DNA of 64,000 bases. Origin: an uncultured virus (IMG/VR IMGVR_UViG_3300025009_000100). Its lineage: Duplodnaviria > Heunggongvirae > Uroviricota > Caudoviricetes. How positions within the stretch are numbered: the stretch's first letter is position 1; each line of letters starts with the position of its first letter. Location: IMG/VR virus record IMGVR_UViG_3300025009_000100; one strand, given 5' to 3'. Position numbers and translations under genes: made by a program. Positions 28,590-37,769 of the stretch are shown here, in pieces. The notes below the pieces were generated by a model, which saw only the letters and a list, made by a program, of their open reading frames with translations, was not told the DNA's origin and made no database searches.

Positions 28590-28929
28590 AAGATATTTCC
28601 CCTGATTTCAATGCTGCGATAAAATCTAAAAGCAAATTAATCCTGTACAGTGATTGCTTCACCCCGAGTGATCTGCGAGAAGTTACAGAGAAAAACTGCT
28701 TGAAGTTTTGGATGTCTTCTTCATTTGCAAAAACAACTTCAATAATTCTGTCATCAATAGATGCTGCGTGGTTCACTTGTGTTGTTTTCTGCAACTTTTC
28801 CGGGCGGAGGTATTGCATTTCCAGGACACGCAATTCTTCTTTCGATGTGCATTTTTTCTTTGCCAATTCAAATTTGCTCATTTTTGAAAGCACCCTACTC
28901 TTAATTGGCAAGAATTCTTCTATGTTCAT
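28459..28929 (-). CDS. hypothetical protein
   Basis: GGAGG RBS; overlaps the radical SAM start. Confidence 0.55.
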   Translation of the reverse strand: MNIEEFLPIKSRVLSKMSKFELAKKKCTSKEELRVLEMQYLRPEKLQKTTQVNHAASIDDRIIEVVFANEEDIQNFKQFFSVTSRRSLGVKQSLYRINLLLDFIAALKSGEISYDSEKRKFKYQTEPEHDERRSDRKRNITSTKLRHLKRSKQMAS

Positions 28930-28941
28930 TTTGGTGCCTCC

Positions 28942-29682
28942 TTAACTTTTGAGTGGCACCAGTGACCAAAAGTTTTCTTTTTGTTTTATGACCGTTGGGA
29001 CGTCAGTGCCAAAGAACATTGTTACTTTTTCACTCCAGTCTAGGATGCCAAGGATTTTCAAAAAATGTTCTGTCAGGATTTCCGTTTTGCATGTTTCATC
29101 AGTTTCCGCTTTACCTAAAAACAGTTTAAATTGCTGCTCATCGTATTCATTGCTGTGCAGCATTGTTTTCTTCTTTTCGGAAACAATAAAAATGCTGGTA
29201 GGGCTGACTATGGAAGAATAGTACGTAAATTCGTCGTACATCTTTTTGGTGAAGTCGATGGAGTTACTGCATTGTTTTTTGAGGTCAGAAAATTTAAGCT
29301 TTTCTGTGATGCTGGTTGGGACAGATTCAGGAGGAGATAGAATACATTTCAATTGGGCTTTGTGTTTTTTGAGGATAATCCAGTCATCTTCAAACCGGTA
29401 CTGGACTTCTTCGCTGTTTTCAAAGAATTTAATCAGGCCGGGTAAATTGTTTAGCCCAATAGTGAGGTCCTCTGTTATACCAAGGTCTTCAGTGCAAGAA
29501 AGGAATACACTGGAAGTCATATCAATTGCCTGGATTTCTCCAACCCCGTTTTTTACAGTCAGGACAACTTCATTCAACAACCCACGCAGGTTTGCATTTG
29601 TGAGTAAGGCGCTGAAGTTTTTTCCATTCTTGATTATCGTGTTATCTCCTGCGTGGTCACTTTTCTTTTTTAGTTTTCCCAT
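28942..29682 (-). CDS. putative sliding clamp (PCNA/gp45-like)
   Basis: 246 aa; IQAIDMTSSVFL, two-domain beta/alpha pattern, C-terminal PTVIK...LVP; a clamp loader is present. Confidence 0.55.
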   Translation of the reverse strand: MGKLKKKSDHAGDNTIIKNGKNFSALLTNANLRGLLNEVVLTVKNGVGEIQAIDMTSSVFLSCTEDLGITEDLTIGLNNLPGLIKFFENSEEVQYRFEDDWIILKKHKAQLKCILSPPESVPTSITEKLKFSDLKKQCSNSIDFTKKMYDEFTYYSSIVSPTSIFIVSEKKKTMLHSNEYDEQQFKLFLGKAETDETCKTEILTEHFLKILGILDWSEKVTMFFGTDVPTVIKQKENFWSLVPLKS

Positions 29683-29786
29683 TTCCTTATTTCACCCTCA
29701 TTATTGATTTTGTGCGAAAAATGCCGCCCATTAATGCATATTTGGGCGGCATTCAATCATTGTTTTACTTGGCTCCGTTGGCAGTG

Positions 29787-30611
29787 CTATTCCATGTTGG
29801 GATGTTTTTCTTCTTTGGATTTGATCTTCCCGTTTTTTTCGGTAATTGTGATCCCTTCCTTTTTCAACTGCTTCATATGGCCATGCAGCCTGGCAGTGAG
29901 TTGTTTCACATCCTTTCCGGGAAATTTTTCAGTGAGTGTTTTGAGGATGTCTTCTTCTGTGGTACCTTTGAAGAGCAATTCATCAATCACACCAACAGCA
30001 GAAGAAAGCAACCGGCCGTATCTGGATTTTCCAGCTTCTTTTTTCGGGCCTTTTGCAGGTTTTTCAGCCGGGTCAATTCCGAGGATTTTCAGCATTTTGG
30101 CTTTCAATTCACGTGGGCCGGCAAGACCTTTATAATCACTGAGGCCTTTGCGCAGTTTTTTGAATTCATCATTGTTGTTCACCAGGATTTTCATGTCGTC
30201 AAGCTTCTTTGCTGCTTTTACCTGGTCGGCCAGGGACAGTTCCGGACCATCATCATCTGCATCATCATCTGCATCATCATCTGCATCATCATCTGCATCA
30301 TCATCTGCATCATCATCTGCATCATCATCTGCATCATCATCTGCATCATCATCTGCATCTTCTGCTTCCGGGATTTCAACCCCCAGGATTTCAAGCACCT
30401 CTGCCAAGTTTTCAGAAATTTCATCGTCTTCAGTGAGTTCTGCGGCGGCCTCTGTCACTTTGTCACAGATTTCCTCAATGGACCCTTTATTCAGTTCAAC
30501 AGGGTTTCCATCATCATCTTCCAGGTCAAGCAGGCCCTGGAGCTCATCCGCAGCTTTTCGCAGCTTTTTCGGGTCAATCTGCGGTGCTTTTTCTTTACTT
30601 TTCTTTCCCAT
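29787..30611 (-). CDS. acidic protein with (ADDD)9 linker and C-terminal winged-helix-like domain
   Basis: AAGGAG RBS; C-terminal domain paralogous to 40878..41561. Confidence 0.7.
   Translation of the reverse strand: MGKKSKEKAPQIDPKKLRKAADELQGLLDLEDDDGNPVELNKGSIEEICDKVTEAAAELTEDDEISENLAEVLEILGVEIPEAEDADDDADDDADDDADDDADDDADDDADDDADDDADDDGPELSLADQVKAAKKLDDMKILVNNNDEFKKLRKGLSDYKGLAGPRELKAKMLKILGIDPAEKPAKGPKKEAGKSRYGRLLSSAVGVIDELLFKGTTEEDILKTLTEKFPGKDVKQLTARLHGHMKQLKKEGITITEKNGKIKSKEEKHPNME
30249..30356. repeat. perfect 12-bp tandem repeat, 9 copies (ATCATCATCTGC)
   Basis: read directly from the sequence. Confidence 0.95.
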
Positions 30612-30691
30612 TGTCGTTCTCCTTTTTTCTTTGTTACTGTTAGTAACTCTTGGTTAAATTGGAATATGATTAAATTCATTTCCTCGTCATT

Positions 30692-30724
30692 ATATTATAC
30701 AAAACAATTTTAATTTTTTAAAAA
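30692..30724 (-). promoter_or_regulatory. conserved leftward promoter motif, copy 2
   Basis: TTTTAAAAAATTAAAATTGTTTTGTATAATAT. Confidence 0.7.
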
Positions 30725-30746
30725 TTTATTTTGCTCCCTCCTTTAT

Positions 30747-31196
30747 TTATTTTTCAATTGACGCATAGTACAGTAATTGTACACCAGCTTCATTGAACAT
30801 TTGTTTTGTTGACAGTATATCCACACCCCATCTTTTGATATGTTCTGTACTTGGTTCTATTGTGACAACAAGGGTAATTCCAGATTGGATAATCATACCG
30901 GCACATTGGCTGCATGGAGGCATAGGAACTACATATAATGTACATCCAGCTAAATCCTTTTGGGCAAATAAAATTGCATTCTTTTCTGCATGGATCACCC
31001 TACGGTATTTTTCTTCCCTGTTGTCATAAAGCCCGGTATCGTCAGAAGTTCCTTTAGGAAATCCATTGAAACCAACGGAGATAATCCTTTTATTTTGGTC
31101 AACAATCACAGCGCCACATTTAGTGCTTGGATCTTTACTCCAAGAAGCAACTAAATAAGCAAGATCAATAAATCTTGCATGCCATTTGAACGGCAT
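30747..31196 (-). CDS. dCMP deaminase
   Basis: SKDPSTKCGAVIV, GFNG, HAE, PCSQC. Confidence 0.92.
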   Translation of the reverse strand: MPFKWHARFIDLAYLVASWSKDPSTKCGAVIVDQNKRIISVGFNGFPKGTSDDTGLYDNREEKYRRVIHAEKNAILFAQKDLAGCTLYVVPMPPCSQCAGMIIQSGITLVVTIEPSTEHIKRWGVDILSTKQMFNEAGVQLLYYASIEK

Positions 31197-31198
31197 TT

Positions 31199-31399
31199 CT
31201 ACCTCCTCAAATATCTCCCAGGTTTAAAGTTTTTCTTCCTGAGTTGATAATTTGCTTTTCCTTGCCCCCATACACTGCTCATATCAATCCCATGCCCATG
31301 AATTTGGATATGCTCGTATACAGGGCAGGGCATAAATTCTGCAATGTTTATTATAGTTGGCCACAGAAAAAGCATAAATATACAGATAACAATTTTCAT
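31199..31399 (-). CDS. small hypothetical protein
   Basis: ATGA-coupled to thyX; hydrophobic N-terminus. Confidence 0.4.
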   Translation of the reverse strand: MKIVICIFMLFLWPTIINIAEFMPCPVYEHIQIHGHGIDMSSVWGQGKANYQLRKKNFKPGRYLRR

Positions 31400-32112
31400 T
31401 CCTGTACCCCATCGAATACAACAGGGATTTTTTCTTTTAATTCTTTTAAGAGCGGCAGCATTAAGGCCCTCATCTGTGGGTGTGCTGCTTTGGAAGTCCT
31501 GAGGGTTAAGACATGATGCCATTCCCGGAGGTTTGCTTTTACCACGATTTCGGTTTTAAGCGAATTGGGTAAAACTTCTCTGGCCTGTTCTGGCCTCCAG
31601 CCCGCATCTAATAATTGCAGATAGTATCCTTCCGCATATCGCATTGCCCTAAGCCATATAGTATCTGCAATTAAAATTTCTTTGGTTTGTTCAAGGTGTG
31701 TGCACGATGTTGGATAACCCCAAACAGGCCGGATAAATTCCATATTTCCATCATACTTCACGTACCGGGTGCTTTCCTGGGCAAAAGAACACATCCGGTG
31801 CCGGACCAGTTCATGCGTCACTCCCCGATTGGTAATAAACTTGACGGTAAGATCCGCAAATTCAATCATTGCATGGTGGCCTCTGTTTTGCAGCATCTTA
31901 ACAAATTTTCTTGATGAATGGTGCTGACATTCCGAGGTGCAAGAAAAATACCAATGCAGGTCAGGGCAATTTTCATGACCTTGCTGTTCTTCTGGAATTG
32001 AACATCCAATTTTATTCTCTGATTTATAGCAGGTTCTCCCGGCACGTTCGATCATTTCCAATGCCTGTTCTGGCCAATTTAAAATTTCATAGCTTTGATT
32101 AATTATTTTCAT
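31396..32112 (-). CDS. thyX: flavin-dependent thymidylate synthase
   Basis: AGRTCYKS, THELVRHRMCSFAQESTRY, AREVLP, NLREW, AHPQMR. Confidence 0.95.
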   Translation of the reverse strand: MKIINQSYEILNWPEQALEMIERAGRTCYKSENKIGCSIPEEQQGHENCPDLHWYFSCTSECQHHSSRKFVKMLQNRGHHAMIEFADLTVKFITNRGVTHELVRHRMCSFAQESTRYVKYDGNMEFIRPVWGYPTSCTHLEQTKEILIADTIWLRAMRYAEGYYLQLLDAGWRPEQAREVLPNSLKTEIVVKANLREWHHVLTLRTSKAAHPQMRALMLPLLKELKEKIPVVFDGVQE

Positions 32113-32123
32113 TATAAATCCTC

Positions 32124-32543
32124 CTACTCTTCGTTTGGTGGTTCAACGAATATAAATTCTTTTTTCAGCCCGAAAACATCTAAGGTGCTGACATAGATTT
32201 TTTCTTTTTTCATTTTTCCAGGCCGGTTATCTAATTCAGGGTGGTTCAGCATTGTGTGTGCCATACAGAGGATGCTGAATAATGCCCCGCCTAAATGAGT
32301 CTTGTTAATCCCCAGTTTTTTGGCATCAGGGTCGAAATCTTCTCCATCATAGAAATGGGCAGATAGGTGTCGCTGCGCCGAATCCATCATTATTGTTGTG
32401 TGGAATCCTTCTCTCCATGATTCCCGACGATATTTGATTAGCCCTTCCCTGTAAGCTGGTTCAAGGATCTTAATCAGCAGGTCCAGTGGGATCAGGCTGG
32501 GTTGGGGTTTATTTTCTTGTTCATTGTTCTTTGGTGCTGTCAT
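32124..32543 (-). CDS. dATP/dGTP diphosphohydrolase-like protein (DUF5664)
   Basis: KPQPSLIP...GLIKY...W.EG...SAQRHL...GEDFDPD...HL. Confidence 0.7.
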   Translation of the reverse strand: MTAPKNNEQENKPQPSLIPLDLLIKILEPAYREGLIKYRRESWREGFHTTIMMDSAQRHLSAHFYDGEDFDPDAKKLGINKTHLGGALFSILCMAHTMLNHPELDNRPGKMKKEKIYVSTLDVFGLKKEFIFVEPPNEE

Positions 32544-32715
32544 TTATCTCCTCCTTCCTCTTTTATTTCTACTTCATACCCAACCGCTAATAATCCATTT
32601 TTTACATTTTCAGCTTCTTCTACTGTTAAACAACGTCGAGTCACATACTGGAAAATAGGGTGGTTTCCCAATACTAAATATTTAAATGGTTTATTCATTT
32701 TCTTTCATTCCTCCT

Positions 32716-34278
32716 TTAAAAAAAACTATTAATGATTGGCCGTCCTATTTGCAGACGGTGTGTAACGTAGCACCAGTTTGCGCCTTCAGTATCCCTGGCC
32801 ACAATATCATTGATGCGCATAATGCCCTTCTTCTTTTCCTCTTTGGTCATGTTCAGCCCGACCATTGCGGTAACATGGTCAAGCTTCCTGCGGTCTTCTG
32901 AAAAATTCTTTTTGGATAAAAACTTTTTATCGAATCCCTCCGTATCGCTTTGGCTGGCAGATAGTAACAAACATTTGCGGTCCTGGCTCAACCGCCTGGC
33001 ACGCATCCATTTTTTATTTTCTTGATCCCTGGGCTTCAGCCCTGTAGCATCATAGTCCGGGGCGATCAAGTCCATGTAATCAATGATGATGATTTGCGGG
33101 AAGAACCCACTTTTCTCTAAAATATCCAATTCGGCATTGATTTTAGACATAGTCAAAGATTCGCTGGAATATGTGATAAGCTTAATCCTGTTTATCAAAG
33201 TTTTATGCCTTTTTTCCAAAGTCCTGTGGACTTCTTTCCAGCTTAATGGTTCAACGGCTTTTCTCTGTTTATACCACAAAGCACCTTGAAACCGGTTCTT
33301 TTTAAATCTGAGGCAATTGTAACAAGGAGTATGCTCCGGCATTTCTTCAAAAGCCTCTTTCAGTTCTTTTAATGTTAAGTCATGGATTTGTTCTGGCTTT
33401 TTCTTGTAAAACGGGCCATCATCCCCTTTTTTGCCTCCTGCCCTAAAATCTAATTCACATTCATCATTTTGATTCCAGATGCAATCCAGGGCCGGAATCA
33501 ATAAAGGGCCGCAATACTGCTGTAAATCTGATTTCTTGGATAAATAAATTGCTTGGCGTCGTTCTTGTTGTGCTTGGGACATATCCCCGGCTTGGATAAA
33601 AACAACTTGCTTCCCTTGTTTGGCTGCTCGCATGGCGGCATCCATTAAGAAGAACGATTTACCTCCTTTATTCTGGCCCAGGAAAACAACAAAGGATTCC
33701 TGGACCATATATTGGTTGATCAGTTGCCCTAATGCTCCAGGATATTTTATTAACGGGTCTTTGTAACTTTCAAACGCCTGTTTCCGCTGCTCAACTGTCC
33801 CTAAAGGGGTGACGGCATTTGATTTGAGATGTTCTACTGGTTTAAAGTTCACAAGCAATTGTTCCGCTTCCAGAATTCTTCCGGATTCAACTTCCTCTTT
33901 AACCCGGTCAGCATACATATTGATCTTACATGCTTTCCCATATTTTTCAGTCTGGTCTAACAAATATTCCAGGTTAGTATTGCTTTCATTCTGACTTTCT
34001 TCTGATAAATCAGCGAGGACCCATTCAATGATTTCAGCCTGGGCTTTATGGATCTTTTTGGTCCGGAGCTTTTCCATGAAAATATCTTGGATATTCATCC
34101 CTGGAGCCAGTTTATATGTTTGGAAATAATCGTACACCCATGAAATAATGATTTTAGCTTCCGGAGATTGAACCCATGAAATATCTATGAGTTCAATCGC
34201 TTGTTTTAAATACTCCGTATACAGAATCAGCCCGATCACAATTTTCCGTTCAATTTGGAGGATTTCTTTTGTTTTCAT
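32716..34278 (-). CDS. replicative SF4 (DnaB-like) helicase
   Basis: GQNKGGKS, IIIDYMDLI, SASQ; Cys-rich insertion. Confidence 0.85.
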   Translation of the reverse strand: MKTKEILQIERKIVIGLILYTEYLKQAIELIDISWVQSPEAKIIISWVYDYFQTYKLAPGMNIQDIFMEKLRTKKIHKAQAEIIEWVLADLSEESQNESNTNLEYLLDQTEKYGKACKINMYADRVKEEVESGRILEAEQLLVNFKPVEHLKSNAVTPLGTVEQRKQAFESYKDPLIKYPGALGQLINQYMVQESFVVFLGQNKGGKSFFLMDAAMRAAKQGKQVVFIQAGDMSQAQQERRQAIYLSKKSDLQQYCGPLLIPALDCIWNQNDECELDFRAGGKKGDDGPFYKKKPEQIHDLTLKELKEAFEEMPEHTPCYNCLRFKKNRFQGALWYKQRKAVEPLSWKEVHRTLEKRHKTLINRIKLITYSSESLTMSKINAELDILEKSGFFPQIIIIDYMDLIAPDYDATGLKPRDQENKKWMRARRLSQDRKCLLLSASQSDTEGFDKKFLSKKNFSEDRRKLDHVTAMVGLNMTKEEKKKGIMRINDIVARDTEGANWCYVTHRLQIGRPIINSFF

Positions 34279-34523
34279 TTGCCAGAGTCTTTCCATTTTT
34301 CCAGGACTTGGCCTGACGCACTACTTTTGATTATGTCCCTGTGCAGCAGGTCTTTTATTTCCATTAACAACTCATTTGTGCGTTTTGCGGATTTTTTCAT
34401 TTGCTTCAGGTGGTCAGTCCGTTCATTAATTTTCCAGTACCAGCAAACAATTTCTCGGCAAATGGCAAATAGAACTAAAAACACAACAAGTGCTGGAATG
34501 AGTGTTGAATTTGGATCTTCCAT
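34275..34523 (-). CDS. small membrane protein
   Basis: TM helix followed by REIVCWYWKINE. Confidence 0.6.
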   Translation of the reverse strand: MEDPNSTLIPALVVFLVLFAICREIVCWYWKINERTDHLKQMKKSAKRTNELLMEIKDLLHRDIIKSSASGQVLEKWKDSGK

Positions 34524-34553
34524 TTTAAATCTCCTTTATTTTATTGTTGTTAA

Positions 34554-35516
34554 TTAATCTGTCATATCTTTCCAGGATTTGTATTCAGGTTTACGTAAAC
34601 CGTCATACTCATCTTCTGGTTCTTCTTTTTCATTGTATTGTTTATTCCTCCCGGCATATCCGTAATCATCATTCTTTTTTGGGAAAACACCGATCCATGA
34701 ATTCATTATGGATCTTTCCAGGGCTTCAATTATTTCATCTTCTGAAAAATTACGCAATTTATTTACTAATATAACAATAGCTTGTTTAGTTTTTATTGGG
34801 TTCCCTTGTTCCCATCTATATGCTGCGTATTCATACATAGTATGGAGGATACTTTCAGATTTCATTTCTTCTGGACATATTTGCATAAAAACTTCCATTG
34901 GATCAAATAGTTTTTTATTTATTTTATTATTTTTTTTCTTTTTGAGAGGTTTTTCTTTTTGAGAGGTTTTTCTTTTTAGAGGCGGATTTTCCAATATTGG
35001 GTTTTCCAATATTGGGTTTCCCATTTTTAGGTTTGGACTGGTTAGCTTTTTACAAACCTGTTGAAACACTTCTTTTGAATTCTGCGTAGAAGGAGTAAAT
35101 CCCCATCCTTGCTTCCTTATCCACTTTGTAATATAATTTAATTCAAATTTGAATGGGTGCGCAGTATATGCAAAGAAAGAACCTCGCACTTTCTTCTTTT
35201 CATCGTAATAACGGAAACGAAGAACATACCCAAGTAATTCAAGTTCAGCAAGCCCTGAAGATACGGAATCCTTTTTATCTTTTTTTGCTTGGATCACACT
35301 GGACGTGTACGTATGCCATCCTTTTTTGTTTTTATTCCGTAGAAGAAATACTAAAATACCCAAACTTTTCCAAGATAAGTTCAGGTCTTCAATTACTGTA
35401 TTTGGTACTTGCGTAAAATTGTCTGGTGTTGGATCTGCGTAGATTGCATCTGGGGGGATATTATACTTTATTGTTGTTTGAATGGTTGTTTGATTTGCCA
35501 CAGATTTTCTTTTCAA
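34554..35516 (-). CDS. phage replication initiator-like protein (N-terminal wHTH, internal repeats)
   Basis: NFTQVPN..IED.NLSWKSLGILVFLL; ENPILENP repeats; IEALERSIMNSWIGVF; likely TTG start after AAGGAG. Confidence 0.65.
   Translation of the reverse strand: MKRKSVANQTTIQTTIKYNIPPDAIYADPTPDNFTQVPNTVIEDLNLSWKSLGILVFLLRNKNKKGWHTYTSSVIQAKKDKKDSVSSGLAELELLGYVLRFRYYDEKKKVRGSFFAYTAHPFKFELNYITKWIRKQGWGFTPSTQNSKEVFQQVCKKLTSPNLKMGNPILENPILENPPLKRKTSQKEKPLKKKKNNKINKKLFDPMEVFMQICPEEMKSESILHTMYEYAAYRWEQGNPIKTKQAIVILVNKLRNFSEDEIIEALERSIMNSWIGVFPKKNDDYGYAGRNKQYNEKEEPEDEYDGLRKPEYKSWKDMTD
34933..35023. repeat. iteron-like repeats (17 bp x3, then 15 bp x2-3); candidate origin
   Basis: TTTTTCTTTTTGAGAGG with period 17; (G)TTTTCCAATATTGG repeats; AT-rich flank. 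Confidence 0.6.
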
Positions 35517-35646
35517 TCTTTTTCTCCTTGTAGAGCCATTAAAGATGATGCTTTTTGGGTGGGTGGCTCGGAAGATCATAACAGGGCGAAATGATCTAAC
35601 CCACCCTTTATCCTTTCGGACTTACCGGGCCAGGTAAGTAAGCAAT

Positions 35647-35679
35647 ATATTATACAAAATGATTTTAATTTTTTTAAAA
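35647..35679 (-). promoter_or_regulatory. conserved leftward promoter motif, copy 3
   Basis: same motif as 22132..22164. Confidence 0.7.
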
Positions 35680-35687
35680 ATTATTTT

Positions 35688-36623
35688 TTATCCTATTAAA
35701 CAATCCTCCCCGAGCACATCACGGAGTATTTCCAGGCCCATTTCACCGGGATCTATTTTCTTTTTCCCTTCCGGTGTTTGGTAAAGCACCTTCCAAACAT
35801 CAACCCCAGAGAACAGCAGTTGTTTGTATAGCAAATCGGCTTTGCTTTGGCCAGCAACATCAGGGTCAAAAAAGATTAGAACCTTTTTCATTTTCATCAA
35901 CCTGAAGATTTGTTCTTTGGTTAATTCAACCCCGAACCCGCAGATAGCTCGGTATCCAGCCAAGGTTACTTTCCAAACATCAAACACGCCTTCACAGAGC
36001 ACTGCTTCATCACCCCCATCATCATTGTAAAAGATATGCTTGTGGTGGATAAGTTCCCGGGCCTCCGGACAGGAGATATACTTCAAAGGAGAATTGCCAG
36101 ACATATCCCTGGTTTGCCAAGAAACAACTTTCCCTTGGTACTTAATCGGAATCAAAACCCGGTATGATAAATCCATTTGGTCGATGACCGCGCCTGGCTG
36201 AGTTATTTTAAGCTCAAAAAGGGATTCTAATGATAATGCTTCCTTTAAACTGAAACCACGTTTTTTGAAGTAAAATTTACCTCCAGGGGACTCGTTTAAG
36301 GGCACCGCGTGGGGTAAAATAAATGATTTTCGTTTAAGGGTTAATTTTTTAGCTGGATTGTGGGACTTCCCTTCATACTTTCTGATCAGTTCTTTCGCCT
36401 TTCTCCAGTTTACCCCAAGGAGCGTTTCAATTACTTTCGTAACAGGTTTATGTCCGCAACGCCAGCAGAAGAAATATTCTTGTTCGATATTGTATCCCAA
36501 ATGATTGCCAGGGTTTCCTGTACAATAGGGGCACGGGATATTTATCCACCCAGGCCGATAATGTGGTGCACCTTCAGGGGCGGAGGAAATACCGTGGTCT
36601 TGAAATAACCTAAGCAGGTCCAT
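35688..36623 (-). CDS. DNA primase (zinc finger plus TOPRIM)
   Basis: CPYC...CWRC; CEGVFD; FFDPDVAGQ. Confidence 0.88.
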   Translation of the reverse strand: MDLLRLFQDHGISSAPEGAPHYRPGWINIPCPYCTGNPGNHLGYNIEQEYFFCWRCGHKPVTKVIETLLGVNWRKAKELIRKYEGKSHNPAKKLTLKRKSFILPHAVPLNESPGGKFYFKKRGFSLKEALSLESLFELKITQPGAVIDQMDLSYRVLIPIKYQGKVVSWQTRDMSGNSPLKYISCPEARELIHHKHIFYNDDGGDEAVLCEGVFDVWKVTLAGYRAICGFGVELTKEQIFRLMKMKKVLIFFDPDVAGQSKADLLYKQLLFSGVDVWKVLYQTPEGKKKIDPGEMGLEILRDVLGEDCLIG

Positions 36624-36954
36624 ACGGAGAACCCCCTTTCAGAAAAGATTTCCAATTTTGTGCATGCTGTTTCCAGGGAATTGGGTCTTTTGGATGCCAA
36701 TAAAATGCCAGGTAAAAAGCATTGGCAAAGTTAAACCTGGTCGCATGAAGCCATTCCACGTAATTTTTAATATCTTCGCAGCCATTTCCAGCGTGTCTTT
36801 TTTTGATATTTTGGATAAAAGGTACCGTAATACCATTTTTACTGAGGAACTCTTCAAGCAATTTTGTTCGTTTCATTAACAACGAGTTTCTGTCCAGTTC
36901 TTGCGTTTCATTCATGTTTGGTATTACTTGCTGTGCCGGCATCACGTTTGGCAT
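36610..36954 (-). CDS. hypothetical protein
   Basis: 114-aa ORF in operon. Confidence 0.5.
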   Translation of the reverse strand: MPNVMPAQQVIPNMNETQELDRNSLLMKRTKLLEEFLSKNGITVPFIQNIKKRHAGNGCEDIKNYVEWLHATRFNFANAFYLAFYWHPKDPIPWKQHAQNWKSFLKGGSPYGPA

Positions 36955-37234
36955 TTCTTTCCTCCTTTAATTGTTGCAGGTATTCTTTTCTCCGTTGGCA
37001 TTTTTGTGGGCAATCAATACAGATTGCTAAATCAATCCAGGGCACGTTCTTTTCAGTAAAAAACTGAATCCAGCCTGGCCGGTAGCAGTCTTTTGGTGGA
37101 AATGGTAAATGACCACCTACCGGCCTTTTATATGTTGTCGGTGGCGGTTCAGTTGGTTTTTCTTTTCTTTTTATTTTAAATTTTGTCTTCACCGGGCTTT
37201 CTGCTTTTTGCTTTATTTTTGTCCTTCTATTCAT
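36908..37234 (-). CDS. hypothetical basic protein
   Basis: GGGG RBS; CxxCxxxC. Confidence 0.5.
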   Translation of the reverse strand: MNRRTKIKQKAESPVKTKFKIKRKEKPTEPPPTTYKRPVGGHLPFPPKDCYRPGWIQFFTEKNVPWIDLAICIDCPQKCQRRKEYLQQLKEERNAKRDAGTASNTKHE

Positions 37235-37244
37235 TCAAGCCCCC

Positions 37245-37742
37245 TTATAGTTGTTCGATGTATCTCCATGCTCCCCAGATATCTTTCCATTTGAATCCCA
37301 TGGCAAAAAGCTTATCAGAGAGCCACCCTTTGAATCCCTTTTTTTGTTCTTGGTATCCCTTTTGTTCCGTCAGTAACAGGTCTTTTATCGCGTTCATCAC
37401 AGGGTCTTTTTCAATAAGGTCCTTTAAAATTACCAGCTTTTCAGGGCTTGGCTGTAGTTGGGCTATTAAATCCATAATATCAGACAGCGTCTCATTTTTC
37501 CTTTTCATCGCTGACCGGGCTGTCATGCTGTTGATAATATGGCTGTGGACGCAGCAAAATAAAAAGGTGGTGAAGGCCCCTCTTTCTGGCTGCCAGGATT
37601 TGACGGAATCCCAGAAAATCATATTGATGTCGCTTAGGGCCTCATCAAAACTGCAATTCAATTTCTTGGATAATTTCCACGCTTGGTATCTAATAAGATT
37701 TTGATATTTGACGTATAATTCTGTCATTGGGTCTTTTTCCAT
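37245..37742 (-). CDS. sigma-70-like factor (region 2)
   Basis: YQNLIRYQA...FDEALS...FWDSVKSWQPERGAFTTFL. Confidence 0.7.
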   Translation of the reverse strand: MEKDPMTELYVKYQNLIRYQAWKLSKKLNCSFDEALSDINMIFWDSVKSWQPERGAFTTFLFCCVHSHIINSMTARSAMKRKNETLSDIMDLIAQLQPSPEKLVILKDLIEKDPVMNAIKDLLLTEQKGYQEQKKGFKGWLSDKLFAMGFKWKDIWGAWRYIEQL

Positions 37743-37769
37743 GATTATTCCCCCTGTTTATTTCATTCT

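Noticed and set aside
29712..30713. Long plus-strand ORFs with poly-IIIC, poly-S or poly-H (also 17593..18359)
   Set aside because: Antisense shadows of acidic low-complexity genes on the minus strand.
32124..32543. dZ or 7-deazaguanine genome substitution implied by the DUF5664-like gene
   Set aside because: No purZ, folE, queC/D/E or dpdA was recognised in the window.
35627..35640. ACTTACCTGG match to the U1 snRNA 5' end (minus strand)
   Set aside because: A short chance match in a phage context; it is one arm of a local hairpin.
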